Positions 18,725 through 27,819 of a stretch of 56,382 bases of DNA are shown piece by piece. Source of the stretch: a virus (taxonomy: Duplodnaviria; Caudoviricetes); the IMG/VR virus record IMGVR_UViG_3300049454_000030, positions 1-56,382 of that record; one strand, written 5' to 3'. The translations under genes were made by a program, and so were the position numbers. The first letter of the stretch is position 1; every line of letters begins with the position of its first letter. Below the pieces are notes generated by a model that was given only the letters and a program-made list of their open reading frames with translations, was not told the DNA's origin and did not search any database.

Positions 18725-19030
18725 GTGCCCAGAGAACGTATCCAGCAGGCCTTGGACCCGAAGACGTTTGACGTCGTGGTGGCCTGGAGTAAGGAACTGA
18801 ACGATTACGTTGAGGTTGCGACCACAGCTGCTGATGCCAGTGACCGGCTACAGGCTTGGACTGAGTTGATTCATGATGAGGCTGGCGTCGTGGAGCCGTT
18901 CGAGTCCCGACCAGGCACAAGTTTCAAGTTCTTTGACGGTTGGCACGTGTTCCTGAACCGGAACCAGGTCAACGACCTGATCCGCGTCTTACGCCGGGCG
19001 CGCAACTCCGCCTTTGGTGTAGACGAGTAG
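18725..19030 (+). CDS. conserved actinophage hypothetical protein
   Basis: LNRNQVNDLIRVLRRARNSAFGVDE tail; GAGGAG RBS. Confidence 0.7.
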   Translation: MPRERIQQALDPKTFDVVVAWSKELNDYVEVATTAADASDRLQAWTELIHDEAGVVEPFESRPGTSFKFFDGWHVFLNRNQVNDLIRVLRRARNSAFGVDE

Positions 19031-19038
19031 TTAATAGG

Positions 19039-19072
19039 AAAGGGCCGGGTCTCATATCCGAAGACCCGGCCC
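19039..19072. terminator. terminator hairpin between convergent units
   Basis: GGGCCGGGTCT...AGACCCGGCCC. Confidence 0.65.
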
Positions 19073-19074
19073 CA

Positions 19075-19450
19075 TCTGACATGGTTAAACAGTCTTATGC
19101 AGACTGTTAGCGATTTCAAGTCGCTAGCATATTGTCAGGTACCGTCATATGGGTCGTTGTCGCAGTTTAAAGGCACGTCTGAGATCTACTGCCCAACGCT
19201 CTGCCACTGAGCTACAGCCTCATGATTGGAGAGGCTGACGGGGGTTGAACCCGTGACCTTTGGGAATTTGATCGCACCTGGTCTATACAACGACGGACGG
19301 CAATATTGAGTTTGAGGCAAGAAGTTGATGTCGGGCGCGGTTTTTAGGGTTCCTGCGCGAAACCTCAATGATGTCTCAAGTCAAGCTGATGAGAGCCGAA
19401 GCTCACTTGACCGGACTGAAATTCAGTTTGTGCCTTACCCGGCATACGCC
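19075..19450 (-). ncRNA. large structured RNA containing a YrlA-like permuted tRNA module (about 19179-19281)
   Basis: T arm, loop-closed acceptor stem and D arm in permuted order, inside GGTGCG...GATCTCAG and nested long-range stems; ends approximate. Confidence 0.7.
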
Positions 19451-19567
19451 GGGGGTCTTTGAAGGAGAAGGCGACCAGGGCCAGCTTGACATCCAGTGGG
19501 CCCAACCAGCCGACCCACTAACCCTGATTCTTAATCCTCGCTGCCTGGACCTTTCCCCTGGATCAGG

Positions 19568-20302
19568 TTACCAGCCGAGGAACTCGAAGACCCGGTCTCC
19601 GATCTTCACATCCTCGACGGTGACGCTGTTGGCTTCTTCGCGGGCCTTCTTGACGGCCTCCGCGAGCTGGGCGACTTTCTCCAGCAGCTCTGCCTTGCGG
19701 GCCGAGGAGAAGGCGCCGGACAACTTGGTGGTGGTCCACGTCCCGACGTTGACGTCTTCGTAGTACACCTCGACCTGCGCTGGGTGCTTGTCGGTGGCCG
19801 CAGCCTTGACGTGGTTGCGTGGGATCTTCTTGGTCCTGATAGTCCCGACCGGCACCGAGCGGTACACCTGCTCGTTGTCGTCGAACTCCCAGGTGTCAGC
19901 CGAGTCCAGGGTTGGAATCTTGGACAGGACCGTGGTGCGCAGGATGTCGAGCTTCTTCTCCAGCGCCAGCAGTGTGGTCACCGACACCTGGGTCAGGATC
20001 ATGACGCCATCGACCACCACGTCCGCCCTAGCTACGGTGTTGCCCATGTCCTTGGTGGCAGTGACGTCGAGCAGACGGGCCAGCTCCCTGGCCGCTGTCT
20101 TCAAGGCCGGTGCGCCCTTGATCTGGACCAGAGTGGACTCCGGTGGCAACTTGTCGCCATCATCATCCTTCGGAACGTAGGTGCGGATGAGTCCGCCCCA
20201 CTGCGCCTGGCGCTGGAAGTTGTGATACAGCCTGGTGAGGGCGCCTTCGCCGGTGGCCTTGGCGCCCTTTTCGATGGCAACGATCTGATTTAGTCTGGTC
20301 AT
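19568..20302 (-). CDS. conserved coiled-coil hypothetical protein (MTRLNQIVAIEKG family)
   Basis: 244-aa strongly codon-biased ORF; RTY.P.DD.G..LPPE, ATDKHPAQV, AVKKAREEAN motifs. Confidence 0.8.
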   Translation of the reverse strand: MTRLNQIVAIEKGAKATGEGALTRLYHNFQRQAQWGGLIRTYVPKDDDGDKLPPESTLVQIKGAPALKTAARELARLLDVTATKDMGNTVARADVVVDGVMILTQVSVTTLLALEKKLDILRTTVLSKIPTLDSADTWEFDDNEQVYRSVPVGTIRTKKIPRNHVKAAATDKHPAQVEVYYEDVNVGTWTTTKLSGAFSSARKAELLEKVAQLAEAVKKAREEANSVTVEDVKIGDRVFEFLGW

Positions 20303-20374
20303 GATGTTCCCACATTCTCCACGAGGGTAGGGACTTTCAGGAAGTTGATGAGGCATACGGCCTCGATGGGAAGA

Positions 20375-20403
20375 ACCTTACCCGTAGGAGGGGGTGTTGT
20401 CAA
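20375..20403 (-). promoter_or_regulatory. strong sigma70/HrdB-type promoter
   Basis: TTGACA-17-TAAGGT. Confidence 0.7.
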
Positions 20404-20478
20404 GTTCCACTAGAGATTTGGGGCACATCAGCCGGTGCCGGTGCCTGCTTCCTCGTCAACTTCGTTGATCCTGGGAAG

Positions 20479-21039
20479 TTAGGGTTGATCAAAACGCCCA
20501 TCGTCGGATGGCCGCGTAGTGGCCAAGACGTCCAGGATAATGGACTTCAGTAGTTGACACACCTTGGTCCTGGAAAGTCGAGCCGGATTCACGATGAGTC
20601 CATTGCGTTGGCCCTGTACCGATTTACGCATCAAGTGGCTGAGATTCTGGTTGCCCTGGATAGCCATTTCCAGGCTGTCCTTGGAGACGCGCCCGCCCAG
20701 TCTGGCCTCCAGGCGTTTCCTTATAGTGGCCATTGGAATGTCGACAAGCGCAAAGTGAACTGGAATGTCATCTGGAAATGAACCAGATTCAATCGCCTCG
20801 TGTGGCTTGGTCAATCCGCAGATGACAGTTGGCGTGCCCTCTTCCTTGAAGCGAGTCACCGCTTCATGAAGGAGCAGTTCTACTCTGAAATGTCGCCATG
20901 GGCCACTGCCAGCCGCAGGTATTCCATCCTCGTCGATGTCGTGGAATTCAATGCCGGCAAGGTCAGGATCCCTGCGTAGAGTCTTATATGCTGTCGTCTT
21001 GCCCGCAGTGCTGACGCCGGTAATGAAGATGATGCTCAT
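20479..21039 (-). CDS. P-loop nucleotide kinase-like protein
   Basis: IIFITGVSTAGKTT Walker A; lid-like RKRLEAR. Confidence 0.75.
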   Translation of the reverse strand: MSIIFITGVSTAGKTTAYKTLRRDPDLAGIEFHDIDEDGIPAAGSGPWRHFRVELLLHEAVTRFKEEGTPTVICGLTKPHEAIESGSFPDDIPVHFALVDIPMATIRKRLEARLGGRVSKDSLEMAIQGNQNLSHLMRKSVQGQRNGLIVNPARLSRTKVCQLLKSIILDVLATTRPSDDGRFDQP

Positions 21040-21040
21040 G

Positions 21041-21111
21041 TAGCGAATTCCGGTGACGATCCGGACACAGCCGGGATATGAATCCGACCTGAGACCCAAC
21101 GCTCATCCGCC
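21041..21111 (-). tRNA. atypical tRNA-like gene, anticodon probably CAT
   Basis: acceptor GGCGGAT/ATTCGCT; T arm TCCGG-ATCGTCA-CCGGA; degenerate D arm; loop TTCATAT. Confidence 0.5.
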
Positions 21112-21157
21112 AAGCTCACAGTGAAACAGCACGTTGCGCCAAGGTATTGAATCGTTG

Positions 21158-21231
21158 AGACACTGGCGGGAGTTGAACCCGCGAAATTACGCTTTGCAGG
21201 CGTACGCTTTAGACCACTCAGCCACAGTGTC
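21158..21231 (-). tRNA. tRNA-Cys(GCA)
   Basis: cloverleaf; loop CTGCAAA; U73. Confidence 0.9.
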
Positions 21232-21519
21232 ACAGAATTTATTCTGGCCTTCCATACAGACCATGATAGTTGGGATACAGGTGGATGTAGTCGTTCCTCA
21301 GGTGTCCGTGCTCATTCCACCTGAAGTACTCGCCGGGACGTAGCTTATAGAGCTTGATGAGCTGACCCAACCCTATATAGTGCTCATCGCCATCTGTTTT
21401 GGACGTTACCCAGCCAGGGTGCAGTGCATACCTAGGCATAGACCTCGGTCCTACTGCGACGACAGCGGGGAGAATCATGCTTGAAGGAGATTCGGCAGGT
21501 AAGGCAGACATGTTGTCCG

Positions 21520-21852
21520 TTACTCATCGGTACCCTCGGCTATAGCGACAACACACACTTCACATAGAGTCACGTACCAATGAGAACGTATTGGGTGACT
21601 GCGTACAGATCCAGGTGACCCACATTCTTCACAGGTCCGTGACGCTACTGTCTCCGCCTGCCGGATCACGGCCTCGATGTTCCCTTTAGCTTGGTCACTG
21701 TACGTTAGGTAGACCCGGAGGCCGGCGAACTTCTGCTTGACCTGGGACACCTCGTAGCCAGGATCCATAGCGACTACATCTGTGTGCAGTTGATCCAGGA
21801 TGGACTTCCACCCAGGACCTACGTGATTTGTGTGTTCTGGAATCTGACTCAC
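21520..21852 (-). CDS. conserved phage protein with C-terminal Zn ribbon
   Basis: VGPGW...QVKQKFAGLRVY...CEECGSPG...TLCEVC. Confidence 0.7.
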   Translation of the reverse strand: MSQIPEHTNHVGPGWKSILDQLHTDVVAMDPGYEVSQVKQKFAGLRVYLTYSDQAKGNIEAVIRQAETVASRTCEECGSPGSVRSHPIRSHWYVTLCEVCVVAIAEGTDE

Positions 21853-21853
21853 G

Positions 21854-21926
21854 TGCCCCTGACTGGAATTGAACCAGCTGCCTGTCGCTTCGGAGACGAC
21901 CGCTCTATCCGGTGAGCTACAAGGGC
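21854..21926 (-). tRNA. tRNA-Arg(CCG)
   Basis: cloverleaf; loop CTCCGAA. Confidence 0.9.
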
Positions 21927-21968
21927 ATGGTGCCGGTGGATGTTCTCCCATCCACCGGCACAGTGATG

Positions 21969-23072
21969 CTAGTTGGTTTTCAACCAGTCACTGATGACAG
22001 TGTACGACTCGTTGGCCGATGGGTGAAGGGTGAGGTCGTGCCCAGACTCTGGAATCGTCACAACCTGGAAGGAGGCAGCTGCCGTGTAGTACGGGGCCTC
22101 GTTCGCCATCACCGCTGCCGCGTCGACACAGTTGAACAGGCTCGGATCGTAGCAGAAGATGGCGTCCTGTTGGCCGTTGACGACGAGCACCGGCACCTTG
22201 ATCAGGTTGGAGATGTTGATGGCGGCTGGTACTGCGCGTTGGCCCAGGAAGCCCAGGAGGCCGGTCAGAGACACCAGGTCCTTGTGCGCATCGTCAAAGG
22301 CCACCACGGCTGGATCTGAAGACGGGGAATGGAAGGAGGTTCCACGCACGCCGGGACGGCTGGTCAGGTACCCGTTGTCCAGGCCGAGACCTGCGAATCT
22401 TGGGTCTTGGTTGGCCGGATAGTTGCCGGCAGTGACGGCCGGGTTGCTGGGTCGGTGCAGGTAGCCGGTCAAGACCACCGCGTTCACGTCTGTATAAGTG
22501 GATGCCTCAACCAGAACTACGCCAGCCCCGTATGAGTGGGAGATCGAGTTGATGTGCCGGAACCCGAGCAACTTCAGCCCCTGCACCAATTGGTGCAGGA
22601 CGTAGGCGTCCGTGGCCATGGTGATTTCCGTGCTCAACGGCCGGGTACTGGCGCCGTTGGGTCCAGGGTTATAGCCCACGGCGGCTCCACCGTCGCCAAT
22701 GCGGTCATAATCCAGGGTGGCTCGGCCATCGGCCAGGGTCTTGCCCACGTAGGAGTAGAGGCTGGGGTTCTGCGTCCAGTCCCAGTAGGCGCCAGTGTAG
22801 GTGGCGCCATGGGTCAGGACGTCGACCTCATGGGAGCCATGGGCCCACTTGAACGGCTGGCAGTATGTTGCCAGAACCTTCCAGCTGCGAGGTTGGTCAG
22901 GGGCCGGAGCCACAGGAACAGTGGATGTCAGGCACCAACCCCTGTGGGAGCTGTGGACCTTGATGCTCAGGTCCTCGCCGGGTGAGTATCGTGCCTGGGC
23001 GGGTGTCGCTACGAACAGGCTCATCAGCAACGTCATGCTGATGGCTATCAGGGTTGTGGCTCGTTTCGTCAT
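21969..23072 (-). CDS. secreted alpha/beta hydrolase
   Basis: signal peptide (AQA), HGATY, SHSYG nucleophile elbow, G..D, GHDL. Confidence 0.85.
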   Translation of the reverse strand: MTKRATTLIAISMTLLMSLFVATPAQARYSPGEDLSIKVHSSHRGWCLTSTVPVAPAPDQPRSWKVLATYCQPFKWAHGSHEVDVLTHGATYTGAYWDWTQNPSLYSYVGKTLADGRATLDYDRIGDGGAAVGYNPGPNGASTRPLSTEITMATDAYVLHQLVQGLKLLGFRHINSISHSYGAGVVLVEASTYTDVNAVVLTGYLHRPSNPAVTAGNYPANQDPRFAGLGLDNGYLTSRPGVRGTSFHSPSSDPAVVAFDDAHKDLVSLTGLLGFLGQRAVPAAINISNLIKVPVLVVNGQQDAIFCYDPSLFNCVDAAAVMANEAPYYTAAASFQVVTIPESGHDLTLHPSANESYTVISDWLKTN

Positions 23073-23427
23073 GGCCACATAGTACATCTGCGATAGTGAA
23101 CGTCAAGGGTCCCTGGAGCCATGCCGGCAAAAGTGCCTCCAGGCGCGGGTGACGCTCCTTGGTCAGATGCCACAACTTGCAGCCGTCATTGCAGGGATAT
23201 GGGTACATGGGTCGATTGTGCAGTTTGGATATGGCGACGGCCGCCTGAACTGCGGCCTGTTGGTCCATGTACACCCGTTTCGTGGGCGTAGGACACGGCC
23301 TCGGTCGGTTCCGCTTGCGGGCACGTTTGCAGGTCTTGGAGCACGTTTGCACACCATCCCGGCCACCAGAGTCCAGCACAGTGTACGGCGCCTGGCACCG
23401 TGCGCAGAAGCCCATGATGAAGCCCAT
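22897..23427 (-). CDS. Zn-finger protein
   Basis: CARC...CSKTC and CPTPTK...YPC..GC.LWH motifs; 3' end overlaps the hydrolase gene. Confidence 0.55.
   Translation of the reverse strand: MGFIMGFCARCQAPYTVLDSGGRDGVQTCSKTCKRARKRNRPRPCPTPTKRVYMDQQAAVQAAVAISKLHNRPMYPYPCNDGCKLWHLTKERHPRLEALLPAWLQGPLTFTIADVLCGHDETSHNPDSHQHDVADEPVRSDTRPGTILTRRGPEHQGPQLPQGLVPDIHCSCGSGP
23079..23106 (-). promoter_or_regulatory. promoter for leaderless mRNA
   Basis: TTGACG-16-TACTAT-6-ATG. Confidence 0.65.
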
Positions 23428-23470
23428 GGGCACATAGTACATCCAGGGGACCTTGATGTCACTGGGACGT

Positions 23471-23546
23471 TGGTGCCAGCAGAGGGAGTCGAACCCCCAG
23501 GGGCTATTGCTTTACAGGCAACGCTGGGCAGCCGGCCCGTGCTGGC
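23471..23546 (-). tRNA. tRNA-Tyr(GTA), short D loop and short variable arm
   Basis: GCCAGCA/TGCTGGC acceptor with encoded CCA; loop CTGTAAA. Confidence 0.75.
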
Positions 23547-23549
23547 ATG

Positions 23550-24038
23550 TTACATGGGATCCGGACCCGGTGGATTGTTCCGAATCATTTCCCAACCTTC
23601 TTCGTCAAAGGGTTCATCCCACACCTTGTCGAGACATTGCCTGAAGGCATCATCCAACTCTTTCTGGGAGCTGAACCAGCCATCGTCAGCATCAGTAACA
23701 ATGATGCCACCAACGGCCCCCAACCACAGGTTCGGAAGGACGCCACCCGACTCGTACGCTTCCTCCCATTCCTTGTGACTGGTGCGAGGATCAGGGGCTG
23801 GCAACAGTCCTGGCTCATACCACGACGGCCCTAGCGTCACTCTGGCACTGCCATGTCGGTATCGGAAGTAGAACACCCGGCCGTCGATGAGCACGCCCCA
23901 ATGCTGCACGGGACAGGCGCCACCTCCATGAGATGTAGCAACCCGTGGATCCTGAAGACTTGCAGGCTCACCTGGCTCTGGACGGTACAGCTCCTCAATG
24001 TCCTTCGGGAACCAATCCGGAATCTCTGCCATTGTCAT
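23550..24038 (-). CDS. hypothetical protein
   Basis: GACPVQHWG...GRVFYFRYRHG motif; GGGGAGG RBS. Confidence 0.65.
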   Translation of the reverse strand: MTMAEIPDWFPKDIEELYRPEPGEPASLQDPRVATSHGGGACPVQHWGVLIDGRVFYFRYRHGSARVTLGPSWYEPGLLPAPDPRTSHKEWEEAYESGGVLPNLWLGAVGGIIVTDADDGWFSSQKELDDAFRQCLDKVWDEPFDEEGWEMIRNNPPGPDPM

Positions 24039-24496
24039 CCTCCCCTTGCGGCATGAACGCGGCATCTAGTTGTTCCTGGGTCCAGCCGATAATAGCCAGG
24101 ATATCGGCGGTTACATCGATTGGTTCACTGGACGTATCGCAATCCGGCCAGGGCTCTGGACTCACGTCCGGTCCACGTCAACCAGTTCCAGCTGATTGAA
24201 GATCAGGGAACGGATGGTTTTTCTGTTTTCATCAGAAATATCCACGGACCCGCTGCCATTCGGTTGGAGCTGAACGGAAATGTTGGGACCTTTGACGACC
24301 ATCGTTTTCGTGGTGGAGTCTACCCGGAAGATAATCGTTGCAGTCATGACAGTTGTTGCTCCTTGAAGTTTGGGCGCCCATCGCGACGACAATGGTTGCT
24401 CCGTCCATGGGCATTCGGTTTGACTCAGGCACTATTTCAACCCGCACCTCACGAGTGTCCACGTGAGGACTCCACCACCGAAAGGGTCTAGAAACG

Positions 24497-24571
24497 GGTG
24501 ACTGAGGGGCCACGATCCCCCCGCCTCCGGATCCACAGTCCGGCGCTCTACCAAGATGAGCTACAGCCACC
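24497..24571 (-). tRNA. tRNA-His(GTG)
   Basis: G-1:C73; loop CTGTGGA. Confidence 0.85.
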
Positions 24572-24700
24572 ATGTACGACCTGTTGTGGTTTCCTACGCC
24601 TTTGCCTCCGGTCGCCCGAGACATGCGCATGCAGCTGGAAACACGGAATACAGGCTGGCCAATTAACTAGTGCCCTTCTCCACCGCCAACTGCTACCACG

Positions 24701-24773
24701 TACAGGCGAGAGGACTCGAACCTCCGATTACCTCCGTGTGAAAGAGGAGCCTTCGCCGCTTGGCCACGCCTGC
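24701..24773 (-). tRNA. tRNA-Val(CAC)
   Basis: cloverleaf; loop TTCACAC. Confidence 0.85.
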
Positions 24774-24784
24774 ATTACCTTGCG

Positions 24785-24858
24785 TACCCCATACGGGAGT
24801 TGAACCCGTCACTTCCTGGATATAAGCCAGTTCCCCCCGACCGGGGGGGCCATGGGGC
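24785..24858 (-). tRNA. tRNA-Ile(TAT), unusual C/G D arm
   Basis: CTGG-CTTATAT-CCAG; T arm ACGGG-TTCAACT-CCCGT. Confidence 0.7.
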
Positions 24859-24872
24859 ATTGATAGATGTCG

Positions 24873-24947
24873 CTCTCCGGCCTGGGGTCGAACCAGGGAC
24901 CTCTCGCTTAACAGGCGAGCGCTTACTACCAGCTGAGCTACCGGAGA
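24873..24947 (-). tRNA. tRNA-Asn(GTT)
   Basis: cloverleaf; loop CTGTTAA. Confidence 0.9.
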
Positions 24948-25218
24948 ATGCGGCGCGGTTTTCCCATGCGCGGGATCCAGCCGTCTGGCGCAATAACAAT
25001 CTCATTGTATCTGATGAGATGTTTTCTGTGCAGCGATCTGGCATATCGACAGTCCACGCACCGACATTTGCTTTGTATGTACATATGCGCTGTTCCGTGA
25101 TGGACGTCAAGAATTTTGTTGTGACCGCTTGAGGCGGCGCTGCTTCATGTAGGTCCGCATGTGCTCATTGCTGTCGCCCATGGGCCCAGATTAACACAAT
25201 GACATGCTCCGTTGGACG

Positions 25219-25291
25219 TAGTCCCAACGGGATTCGAACCCGTGCTACTGGCGTGAAAGGCCAGCGTCCTGGGCCGCTAGACGATGGGACC
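25219..25291 (-). tRNA. tRNA-Glu(TTC)
   Basis: cloverleaf; loop CTTTCAC. Confidence 0.9.
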
Positions 25292-25297
25292 ATGAAG

Positions 25298-25684
25298 CTA
25301 CTTCAACTGTGGATCCACCTCGTCGGCGAATTTCCGCATGTACTGGATGACTTCTTCTTTGGTGCGCCCGGGGGCATCATTCCACACGGGGACCACGCTG
25401 ATGATAAGCGGTGGCTGGAACCCTGTCGACGTAAGAGTGGTCATGGCGCCCACATCCAGGAGCCATTTAGAAAGATGTTCTTCCGCCTGAAAGGCAACAC
25501 CACTACGGTGGGTATACATACGGCCCTGTGCGGCAAATTCGATAGCACCCCGGACACACATTCCCCGGACCGTATCACCCACCGTCCCTTGGACCCAGTT
25601 ACGATCTTCCAGCACCTGTGCTGCTCGCCGAACCAACCGGCCAGCGTTCTGTGCAGGGGTGGGTTTCGGATGCCTGGTTGCCAT
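25298..25684 (-). CDS. DUF6197-like actinophage protein
   Basis: AA.VLE.R.W.QG...MCVRGAI...WNDAPGRTKEEV. Confidence 0.7.
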   Translation of the reverse strand: MATRHPKPTPAQNAGRLVRRAAQVLEDRNWVQGTVGDTVRGMCVRGAIEFAAQGRMYTHRSGVAFQAEEHLSKWLLDVGAMTTLTSTGFQPPLIISVVPVWNDAPGRTKEEVIQYMRKFADEVDPQLK

Positions 25685-25894
25685 GTCACTCCTCCAGAGA
25701 GAGCTTCTTTGAAGTTCCGACTGCGGCGATGCTCACATAGTGTGGCGCAGACCGCCGCCAAGCCCGTGATCTTGAGCGCTGCCTTTCCTTCCGCAGCCGG
25801 AACATAATCATCGCGTAGGGACTGGTGCATACAGGGTTCCTTCAGCGTAGGCCTCCGTGAAGGTCTACATGCCCCGTCAGGGCGCCTAGCGACG

Positions 25895-25971
25895 TAGCGC
25901 GGACGGGCCTCGAACCCGCAAAATGTCCTGATTGAAAGTCAGGCGACTCTACCCACTTCGTCCACCGCGCC
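25895..25971 (-). tRNA. tRNA-Glu(TTC), second copy
   Basis: cloverleaf; loop CTTTCAA. Confidence 0.85.
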
Positions 25972-26065
25972 ATTGTGGATCTCACCCTCACCACGGGGAA
26001 GGTTGTGGTCAGTCGTCTGGCAGGACGCTGACGTTACCCATGCTGCCATCCAAGGGACGACCCTG

Positions 26066-26137
26066 TACCCGCACCAGGTAACGATCCTGGCACCTCTGCC
26101 GTGTCGGGACAGCGCTCTTCCTCTGAGCTATACGGGC
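26066..26137 (-). tRNA. tRNA-Val(GAC)
   Basis: cloverleaf; loop CCGACAC (C33). Confidence 0.8.
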
Positions 26138-26349
26138 TTGACGTACAGGTTCAATGTTTCCTGAAGCCAGGTAACAAATTCTGCGCGGTCCATGGAGATT
26201 GAGGCCAGAGGCGTGGCCTCTATGAGGTCCTTGATGCCTGGTTCAGGGTATTCGCCATCAAGGATCCACAGGCGAACCCGGTCATCTCCATCCGTGGACA
26301 GTAGAGTTTTACGTTCTCCGATGCGAATGGGTTTAATGGGAAAAGTCAC
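26128..26349 (-). CDS. hypothetical protein
   Basis: 73-aa ORF filling the gap between two tRNAs. Confidence 0.5.
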   Translation of the reverse strand: MTFPIKPIRIGERKTLLSTDGDDRVRLWILDGEYPEPGIKDLIEATPLASISMDRAEFVTWLQETLNLYVKPV

Positions 26350-26350
26350 G

Positions 26351-26425
26351 TGGCGGGAGTGGGATTTGAACCCACGACTTCCGACTTATGAGGACGGCGG
26401 CCTGTCCGAGCTGGCCTATCCCGCT
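26351..26425 (-). tRNA. tRNA-Met(CAT), initiator-like
   Basis: 1:72 mismatch (A:C); loop CTCATAA. Confidence 0.85.
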
Positions 26426-26454
26426 AATGAGCCAGCTTACGCTGGCCGTGGTAC

Positions 26455-26841
26455 TTAGTAGAACTGTATCGCAGAAATCCGGTCGTTGAAGAAGTATGGC
26501 CACCCGCCAAGGTCGTTGACGTACTGACCCTGGGCCAATGTCACGGTTTGGCCGGTACAGTCGAAGTTGTCACGGAACTTGATGGTGATGTAGTCCTCGT
26601 TGCGGATCGAGCTGATGATGTCGTTGAACCCGACGTTACCCACATAGTAGCAGGTGCCGTGTAGGTTGGGACCATACAGCCAGACCGAGGAACCACCGCC
26701 ACCTGCATCCTGGTAGATGCACACGTAGGGATACGAGCAGGATGGTGAGGCGCTTGCAGGTGTGGCGACCAGGGCCGTGACACCTACAACAGCCAGCACC
26801 ATGGTGCCTAAGTAGACGAGGACTTTCTTGAACTTGCTCAA
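26455..26841 (-). CDS. secreted peptidase inhibitor I36 / beta-gamma crystallin fold protein
   Basis: signal peptide (ASA); C...VCIYQD...FNDIISSIRN...FNDRISAI. Confidence 0.8.
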   Translation of the reverse strand: MSKFKKVLVYLGTMVLAVVGVTALVATPASASPSCSYPYVCIYQDAGGGGSSVWLYGPNLHGTCYYVGNVGFNDIISSIRNEDYITIKFRDNFDCTGQTVTLAQGQYVNDLGGWPYFFNDRISAIQFY

Positions 26842-26985
26842 ATCTCCTCCAAAGTCGAGTTGGAGGTTTGAGCCTAGCTGATCTTTCCTATTTCAGGCAG
26901 CACCATGGACGGTGATTGTCGCTGGGGTGTCCATTTAGTGATACTCCTTTGTGCTGGAGTATTCCGAAGTGACCATGTTGCCGTG

Positions 26986-27061
26986 TGCTCCAGGATGGAT
27001 TCGAACCATCGATACACATCGATTAAAAGTCGAGGCTAATTGACCGCTCTAGCACTGGAGC
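26986..27061 (-). tRNA. tRNA-Lys(TTT)
   Basis: cloverleaf; loop CTTTTAA. Confidence 0.85.
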
Positions 27062-27228
27062 AATTGCTCGTCGCTTGCGACGAAGCTCGTTGTATTTCTT
27101 CATGTGCTTCGCTTTACGCTCTCTGCACGGCTTACAGCCACAATTTCGCTTGCCCGACACATCTTCCCCGTGGCCAACGCTTTGTTGCTGTCGGACATAA
27201 CTTCATGGTAGAACACGTTACCATAAAG

Positions 27229-27301
27229 CCCCCCCGGCGCGAGTCGAACGCGCACTATCCGAGTTAGAAGCTCGGGACTCTATCCATTGAGCTACGAGGG
27301 G
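27229..27301 (-). tRNA. tRNA-Arg(TCT)
   Basis: cloverleaf; loop CTTCTAA. Confidence 0.9.
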
Positions 27302-27305
27302 AAAG

Positions 27306-27378
27306 TACTCCGGGTCGGGATCGAACCGACGACCTTCGCATTAAGAGTGCGCCGCTGCTTCCTCTGAGCTACCGGAGT
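27306..27378 (-). tRNA. tRNA-Lys(CTT)
   Basis: cloverleaf; loop CTCTTAA. Confidence 0.9.
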
Positions 27379-27487
27379 TTGTATGTGTGGCCGGGCTGAC
27401 CTAACTCCCCCACGGCCTGGGAACGTCACGAGGATTATTGAACCCCAAGCATTACAGCCTGTACGAGCCATTCGTAGCGGCCACACG

Positions 27488-27572
27488 CGGAGAGCTGACG
27501 GATCGAACGCCCAAGTTTTACCTTGCCATGCCGGTTTTCAAGACCGGTCGACCACCATGGTCGGAACTCTCC
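27488..27572 (-). tRNA. tRNA-Ser(TGA) with 8/4 acceptor/T-stem fold
   Basis: GGAGAGTT/AGCTCTCC 8 bp; GGCG/CGTC 4 bp; long V arm; G73. Confidence 0.8.
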
Positions 27573-27588
27573 AGGTATATAACTAAAA

Positions 27589-27819
27589 CTATTCGACCGT
27601 CCAGGCTGTGGTCACTGACCTTGGAACAATGACCTCGAACTTGATCAGAACCGCAACCCCCATGGGCCAGTAGTTTGGATCCGGGTTGGTTTCCAGGAAC
27701 GCGGCATCTTCGAACCGCTCAATGCCGTATTCCTCTAGGACATTACTCAGATCCAGTTCACCTTTGATGAGTGAGGCCGGGTTCCCGTCCTCGTCACCTT
27801 TGATCAAGGCGTACATTAT
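27589..27819 (-). CDS. hypothetical protein
   Basis: acidic ORF MYALIKGDEDGNP..., coupled to the upstream gene. Confidence 0.55.
   Translation of the reverse strand: MMYALIKGDEDGNPASLIKGELDLSNVLEEYGIERFEDAAFLETNPDPNYWPMGVAVLIKFEVIVPRSVTTAWTVE

Noticed and set aside
27488-27572. tRNA-Sec or opal suppressor
   Set aside because: The anticodon reads TGA (Ser), not TCA; no clear suppressor tRNA was found in the window
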